Shown in pieces: positions 59,066 through 64,000 of a stretch of DNA of 64,000 nt. Position numbers and translations under genes: made by a program. Source of the stretch: Acidobacteriota bacterium (lineage in GTDB: Bacteria > Acidobacteriota > CAIWXX01); assembly GCA_040755995.1 (NCBI GenBank), contig JBFMAF010000008.1, positions 128,001 through 192,000 of the forward strand, given 5' to 3'. Positions within the stretch are counted from its first letter, which is position 1; the number at the start of each line of letters is the position of its first letter. A model generated the notes under the pieces. That model worked only from the letters and a program-made list of their open reading frames with translations. It was not told the DNA's origin and ran no database searches.

Positions 59066-59941
59066 ATGAAGAAAGTAGCTCTACTCATCCTCATCGGGCT
59101 CTCGCTGGCCACGCCGCTCGCGGCGGCCGATTCGCCGAAAGGAACGCTGTTCATCATCGGAGGAGGCGACTATCCGGACGCAATGATGAAGAGATTCATC
59201 GACCTGGCCGAACGCTTCCAGAGCGGCAGGATCGTGGTCTTTCCCATGGCCAGCGACGAACCCGCCGAATCGGGTCAGCGCAAGGTCGATGAGATGAAGA
59301 AGCTGGGTGCGAAGAACGTAGAATACCACATCCTGACGCACGCTCAGGCGATGGCCGGTGGAAGCGACGCGATTCTGGACAACGTAGGAGGTGTGTTTTT
59401 CGGAGGAGGAGACCAGGCACTGCTCACTGCCGCCCTGCTCGACACGCCGATTCACAAGAAGCTGCTTGAGCTGTATCGGCAGGGCGCCGTCATAGGCGGG
59501 ACGAGCGCCGGCGCCGCCGTGATGAGTGAAATCATGATCACGGGCGACGAGCGGAAGCACCCCGGAGGCGAGGAAGAAGAGGCCGAGAAGTTCACTACGA
59601 TCGAAGCAGGGAATATCATCACTGCGCAGGGCTTCGGCTTCATCACATCGGCCATCATCGACCAGCACCACGTGGCCCGCAAGCGTCTCAATCGCCTCAT
59701 ATGTGTTGTGGCCGAGCAGCGGAAGCTGCTCGGAGTCGGCATCGACGAGGCCACGGCCATCGTCGTCGCTCCGGATGACACATTCGATGTCGTGGGTGAA
59801 TCCTGCGTCCTGGTGTTCGACCCCTCGCGAGCTCGAGTCGAGATACCGGACGACAAGAGGATCAGAGTCGAGGACCTGACCCTCCACATCCTTACACACG
59901 GGGCGCGCTACAGCCTGAAGGACCGAAAGGTTGTGCACTGA
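59066..59941 (+). CDS. Secreted cyanophycinase-like peptidase (S51)
   Basis: LFIIGG, FFGGGDQ, GTSAGA, IDQH, GIDEAT; signal peptide. Confidence 0.85.
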   Translation: MKKVALLILIGLSLATPLAAADSPKGTLFIIGGGDYPDAMMKRFIDLAERFQSGRIVVFPMASDEPAESGQRKVDEMKKLGAKNVEYHILTHAQAMAGGSDAILDNVGGVFFGGGDQALLTAALLDTPIHKKLLELYRQGAVIGGTSAGAAVMSEIMITGDERKHPGGEEEEAEKFTTIEAGNIITAQGFGFITSAIIDQHHVARKRLNRLICVVAEQRKLLGVGIDEATAIVVAPDDTFDVVGESCVLVFDPSRARVEIPDDKRIRVEDLTLHILTHGARYSLKDRKVVH

Positions 59942-60004
59942 GGGCCCGCCGAAGGCCGGGCTCGGCCAGTCGCAGAGCGAAACAGGGTACCCCCTTCCGA
60001 GCGA

Positions 60005-60523
60005 CTAGGCGCGTGCGGACATGTCGAGGGAGAAGACCCACATCGGACCGTACTCGGGATCCTCGAACTTGCGCAGACGACGGAACCCGGCCTTCTCGAA
60101 CGCGCTGATCGCCATGGTGTTTTCAACGGATGTCGCCATCATGACCATAGGGATGCTTCTGTCCACGGCCAGATTCTCCACAACCAGCGTGAGGGCGCGC
60201 GAGGCAATACCGCAGCCGACATACTCCACCTCGCCGATTGCGATATCGATGTCAACAGTGCCAGCAGGGATCTCATGCAAGCCGGCTGCCTCCAACTCGT
60301 CCCGTGGCGCTCTCTGCCACCGTATATAACCGACCGGAACTGCGTCGGCCACGATCAGTGCGTCTCCTCCCCCTGCGGGCCGCTCGAGTACGGCCGGGAG
60401 CTGCGTCTCGGGATCGCCCCACCATCTTGCGACATGCGGCGCGCGCACCCAGGCAGCAAGATGAACGACGTCTCTCTCCGGATCGAATGGTTCGAGCCAA
60501 ACCCTCTCGACTAGCCTTGGCAA
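60005..60523 (-). CDS. GNAT N-acetyltransferase (AAC(6')/siderophore-acylase-like)
   Basis: PHVARWW, PVGYI, DIAIGE..YVGCGIA, N..AISAFEKAGF. Confidence 0.8.
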   Translation of the reverse strand: MPRLVERVWLEPFDPERDVVHLAAWVRAPHVARWWGDPETQLPAVLERPAGGGDALIVADAVPVGYIRWQRAPRDELEAAGLHEIPAGTVDIDIAIGEVEYVGCGIASRALTLVVENLAVDRSIPMVMMATSVENTMAISAFEKAGFRRLRKFEDPEYGPMWVFSLDMSARA

Positions 60524-60551
60524 GACGCAACTCGCTCAGTAGCCGTGTGAC

Positions 60552-60690
60552 TCAGCGGCGAAGGGGTCGAGAGAATGTAGACCAAGATGTAGAAGAGGCT
60601 CAGGACGCCGAGACGTATCCCAAGTGGGGTCATGTGCGAACCCAGAACGAGGCCACGTCGCCCGGCAGGAATCATCGACAACAAGAGGTG
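60552..60690 (-). pseudogene. 3' remnant of a paralog of the 53281-53700 membrane gene
   Basis: RRGLVLGSHMTPLGIRLGVLSLFYILVYILS vs RRGVVVVSRVIPLWMHLGIVSLFYVLVYVLS; 5' part absent. Confidence 0.7.
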
Positions 60691-60785
60691 CCACCAGGCC
60701 GCCGGTTTGTCAAGTGTTGTTTCGGCGGAAAGGGCAGGGCGATCGAGTTCCTGGGTGTCCTGGGGTTCCGGGGTTCCAGCAACAC

Positions 60786-60814
60786 TTGACACGAACGCCC
60801 CTCACCCATATCCT
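60786..60814 (+). promoter_or_regulatory. sigma70-type promoter
   Basis: TTGACA-N17-TATCCT. Confidence 0.65.
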
Positions 60815-60853
60815 CTGATCTGTGCCGTCGGACCGGCCGACCAGGAGTCGCTC

Positions 60854-61252
60854 ATGAACAAGATCGTTGCTCGATGTCAGGACGGACGCCGGATCAAGGG
60901 TGACACCAACGACTTCGTTCCCACGAAGGATCGCTTCCATGTCACGATTACGGACAGCGCACCTAGCGCAAAGCCGCTCGAAGTGCTGATGAGCGATCTC
61001 AAGGCGGTCTTCTTCGTCAAGGATTTTGTAGGCAACCGCGACTACCAGGCGGTCAAGGAGTTCGATGCGACGAAGCCGCCTGTCGGCAGGAAGATACGGG
61101 TGGTCTTCAAGGACGGCGAGGTGATGATCGGTACGACGCAGGGATATCAGCCCGGCCGTCCTGGCTTCTTCCTGGTACCGGCCGACGCGAAATCGAACAA
61201 CGAGCGTTGCTTCATCGTGACCGCAGCCACGAAGGAAATATCATTCGTGTAG
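60854..61252 (+). CDS. Conserved hypothetical protein with internal duplication (DUF6982-like)
   Basis: KIVARCQDGRRIKG / KIRVVFKDGEVMIG; LKAVFFVKDF; AGGAG RBS. Confidence 0.7.
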   Translation: MNKIVARCQDGRRIKGDTNDFVPTKDRFHVTITDSAPSAKPLEVLMSDLKAVFFVKDFVGNRDYQAVKEFDATKPPVGRKIRVVFKDGEVMIGTTQGYQPGRPGFFLVPADAKSNNERCFIVTAATKEISFV

Positions 61253-61399
61253 GCGGGGGTCCTTCCCTCGCCTGGCTCTGGCGCCGCGAGGTCTCATCAT
61301 TCGATCACAAGTTGCTATTGCTGAACGATCAACTCAACGGGCGGACCATCAACGTACGAATTGCACTGGGCCGCCGGGCTTTCAGCCCCCTGGAACCCC

Positions 61400-61705
61400 T
61401 CACGCCCGCTTCCCAACTGCGCGCGCGCGGATGCCTCTAGGCTTTGCCGTGAGCTTGCGGAGGTAGGCGTCGATCATCTCGTTCTCGTAGGTGACCTGGT
61501 TCATGAAGAGACTTTCGACAAGGTAGCTCTTCCGAGTCTCTTCGCTCATCTGTTCGACCAGTCCGCGGATTTCGCGCATGAGCTCTTCGAAGGTCAGATG
61601 CAGCTGATGCTTGAGGGTGACTTCGCGGTAGAGCGCTTCGAGGATGCTGAGGACGTCGCCGTCGAGCGTGATCTTGCGGCCCGTGCTCAATCGAACTGTC
61701 TCCAT
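61400..61705 (-). CDS. Hypothetical helical protein
   Basis: 101 aa; GAGGG RBS; starts 4 nt after the STAS stop. Confidence 0.65.
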   Translation of the reverse strand: METVRLSTGRKITLDGDVLSILEALYREVTLKHQLHLTFEELMREIRGLVEQMSEETRKSYLVESLFMNQVTYENEMIDAYLRKLTAKPRGIRARAVGKRA

Positions 61706-61709
61706 GCCG

Positions 61710-62075
61710 CTACCCTCTCTTCCGGCGGGCGGGGGCGCCGAAGGCAGCCACGGCCTCGGAGGCCTCGCCGTGAATCTCGAGAACCTTGTGGACCCCGGTC
61801 ATCGACAGGACGGTCTCGACGCGCTTCTGGAGTCCGGACAGCTTGAGCGTCCCCTGCTTCTCGCGCAACAGGCGGTAAATGTCGATGAGGCAGCCGATGG
61901 TGGCGCTGTCGACGTAGGCCACCTCCTTGAGGTCGATTACCAGCTTGCGCGCGCCCTCGGTATCGACCAGCCGCCGCACCTCGTCCTGGAAGGCGGCCAG
62001 CATGGGATAAGCCAGCCTGTCCTCCTTTACACGAATCAGATGAACGTCCCCTGTCTTCTCGGTCACCAGTCGCAT
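61710..62075 (-). CDS. STAS-domain anti-sigma factor antagonist
   Basis: LVIDLKEVAYVDSATIGCL with the conserved Ser; GGAGGTG RBS. Confidence 0.88.
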   Translation of the reverse strand: MRLVTEKTGDVHLIRVKEDRLAYPMLAAFQDEVRRLVDTEGARKLVIDLKEVAYVDSATIGCLIDIYRLLREKQGTLKLSGLQKRVETVLSMTGVHKVLEIHGEASEAVAAFGAPARRKRG

Positions 62076-62123
62076 GTCATCACCTCCGTGCGCACCACAG
62101 CACTCGGTCCATGGTCCATCTCT

Positions 62124-62825
62124 TCACGCCGCACCAGCTCGGGAATGCGTCAGAACGCGGGCCAGCTCTTTGCGGCCCCGATTGATACGGCTCTTGACGG
62201 TTCCTTCGGGCAGTCTGAGCCGGCGCGCCATTTCCTGGTAGGTCATCTCATACAGGTCGCGCAGAATCACGGCCTGGCGCAGGGCCGCGGGAAGTTGATC
62301 GAGTCCCTGCCTCAGGAGGTTTCTACGGTCGTGGTCTTCCATGAGACGTTGCGGATTGCCGGAGCTGGCGGGAGCGGTGTCGAAGCTCACGAGCTCCTCG
62401 ACCAGCACCTCCCGTTCGCGCCGCGTGGAACGATAATGGTCGATACAGTGGTTTCTTGCCACGCTCGACAGCCACACCGCGAAGTCAGCGTTCCGATCGA
62501 ACTTGTCGAGGCACCGGAACAGCCTCAGGAAGATCTCCTGAGTCAGGTCCTCGGCCTCCTCGTAACGCCCCGTGAACTTGTAAGCGATGTGGAAGACCTT
62601 CCTGCGATAGCGGTCGACGATCTGCTCCCACGCCCTGTTGTCCTTCCGCAGGCAGCGCCCGACCAGCTCGAATTCGCTTTTCGGGTGCGGTGTTTCCTGG
62701 GTCTTCGCCGGCCAGACCACTGGCGACGCGCCTCCTGCTCTATCGGAAGTGGAGGGCCAGAGATGCCCTCGAGAGGGAGATTTCTTTGAGCGGACCATCG
62801 AAAAGACCGGTATTCTCTCCGTCAC
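62124..62825 (-). CDS. ECF-family RNA polymerase sigma factor
   Basis: AEDLTQEIF, WLSSVARNHCID, TYQEMA...GTVKSRINRGR. Confidence 0.92.
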   Translation of the reverse strand: MTERIPVFSMVRSKKSPSRGHLWPSTSDRAGGASPVVWPAKTQETPHPKSEFELVGRCLRKDNRAWEQIVDRYRRKVFHIAYKFTGRYEEAEDLTQEIFLRLFRCLDKFDRNADFAVWLSSVARNHCIDHYRSTRREREVLVEELVSFDTAPASSGNPQRLMEDHDRRNLLRQGLDQLPAALRQAVILRDLYEMTYQEMARRLRLPEGTVKSRINRGRKELARVLTHSRAGAA

Positions 62826-62831
62826 GAAGAG

Positions 62832-62892
62832 ACTCTATGAATCGGTCCACAGCTTGTCAAGCGCTTTGTCTCCTTTGTCTCCCTTTGTCTCC
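62832..62892 (-). promoter_or_regulatory. sigma70 promoter of the ECF gene with three upstream direct repeats
   Basis: Minus strand TTGACA-N17-TAGAGT (62860-62832); (G)GAGACAAAG x3 at 62864-62892. Confidence 0.7.
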
Positions 62893-62972
62893 AACGTGCG
62901 GTACACAACGCGTCATACGCTGCGTCTACTGGTCGAGATTGTTGTGGACTTGTGACGCGCTGTATAGAATAG

Positions 62973-63146
62973 GCGGAGAAGCGGCGGCACCGGTCGCACA
63001 ACTGCATCGCTGGAGCGACGAAGTGAAGGGGAACTCCGCCGCATCCAAGTCAGGCGGATTGAGGTGGGAAGCGTGTTGCGATTGCGTCGAATTCCTGGCG
63101 CGGTGAATCCTCGCCACCCGGAGGCCGCCTTCACTCCACTCTCCGC
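62973..63146 (+). ncRNA. Candidate structured RNA or 5' leader (family and strand uncertain)
   Basis: Nested stems AGTGAAGG/CCTTCACT, CTCCG/CGGAG, TGGCG/CGCCA and GCGGAGA/TCTCCGC, downstream of TTGTGG-N17-TAGAAT. Confidence 0.4.
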
Positions 63147-63235
63147 ACTCTGTTCTCTACGAGAAGCGCCACCGGAGCGGCCCCGCGCGCTTCATCGACC
63201 CGATGCCGCGTATAGCTAGGCGGCGGGATAGGACA

Positions 63236-64000
63236 ATGAGGAAGCAGCTGCCGGCCCTGCTGCTGGCTGTGGCGGGCGCGGGTGTGCTTCTGGCGGTCGC
63301 GGCCGGTATTTCGACGCTGCGGGCGCCGCCCTGCGAGCCGACGCTGTGCTTCGGGAGGGGAGGGGATTCCGTCACGCTCGATCCCGCCGCCGTTTCGGAT
63401 GGCGAATCGGCGATGGTGGGTGTGCAGATCTACGAAGGGCTCGCGCGCCTCTCAGATGATCTGAGCGGAATCGAGCCCTGCCTGGCCACTTCCTGGGAGG
63501 AGTCGGCCGGCGGGAGGGAGTGGACGTTTCATCTTCGGCGCGGCGTCCTCTTCCACGACGGCACGGCGTTCACCTCCGAGGCGGTAGTGTTTGCAGTGCG
63601 GCGGAAGATGGACCCGGCGCACAGTTATTTCGAGAAGAGGTTCGCCGAGATAGAACAGTCGTTGACGGTGCTCGATGAAGTCGACGCGGTCGATGCGTAC
63701 ACGGTTCGCTTCAGATTGAAGCATCCGTTTACGCCGTTTCTGACCGCTATCGCCAACTACGTGGACATCGTCAGCCCTGCAGCCGTGATGAAGTGGGGGG
63801 CCGATTTCGAGCGCCATCCCGTGGGTACCGGGCCGTTCAAGTTCGTCGAATGGGTGCCGGACGACTACATCCTTCTGGAGAAGAACCGTTCGTACTGGGG
63901 CAGTCGACCGAGGCTCGGGCGCGTATTGTTCCGCTGCATTCCGGATGGCAAAGAGCGCCTGCTCGCTCTCAAGACCGGCGCCATACAGGCGATGGACGGA
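63236..64000 (+). CDS. Peptide/nickel ABC transporter substrate-binding protein (family 5), 3' truncated
   Basis: My translation: TLDPA...QIYEGL...PCLATSW...WTFHLRRGVLFHDG...PVGTGPFKFVEW; absent from the ORF track because it runs off the window. Confidence 0.9.
   Translation, partial: MRKQLPALLLAVAGAGVLLAVAAGISTLRAPPCEPTLCFGRGGDSVTLDPAAVSDGESAMVGVQIYEGLARLSDDLSGIEPCLATSWEESAGGREWTFHLRRGVLFHDGTAFTSEAVVFAVRRKMDPAHSYFEKRFAEIEQSLTVLDEVDAVDAYTVRFRLKHPFTPFLTAIANYVDIVSPAAVMKWGADFERHPVGTGPFKFVEWVPDDYILLEKNRSYWGSRPRLGRVLFRCIPDGKERLLALKTGAIQAMDG

Noticed and set aside
60005..60523. Aminoglycoside resistance gene call
   Set aside because: Family resemblance only; substrate cannot be inferred
63020..63137. 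SRP RNA or 6S RNA identity
   Set aside because: Minus strand has ACCGCGCCAGG but lacks the SRP GGAA tetraloop and AGCA motif; the branched core of about 118 nt does not fit 6S

Overview
GC-rich bacterial chromosomal window. Gene content (VWA-related protein, VPS10/BNR propellers, M14 and C45 hydrolases, Ser/Thr kinase-TPR) suggests an Acidobacteriota-like organism; this is inference only. All family assignments come from recognising motifs by eye, not from searches. The backbone consists of large secreted hydrolases, regulators (TetR, MarR, HK/NtrC, LytS/LytTR, ECF sigma, STAS), an FHA-GAF-cyclase facing a TPR kinase, three GT-C-type glycosyltransferases and a partial peptide ABC binding protein. 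I saw no rRNA, tRNA, CRISPR array, integrase or transposase. Highlights: (1) an eight-gene operon at 38158-48721 that looks like an uncharacterised, response-regulator-linked, synthase-dependent glycan export system, behind a perfect sigma70 promoter with palindromic sites; (2) a candidate unnamed toxin-antitoxin pair at 7413-7888; (3) a sigma54 circuit with two -24/-12 promoters and an AAA-less REC-Fis paralog of the adjacent NtrC protein; (4) many intact and decayed TA modules and gene remnants (hsdS end, a second DUF1016 end, a deleted copy of a neighbouring gene ending in a 23-bp exact repeat), pointing to repeated insertion and replacement at gene ends; (5) a candidate structured RNA upstream of the ABC binding protein.
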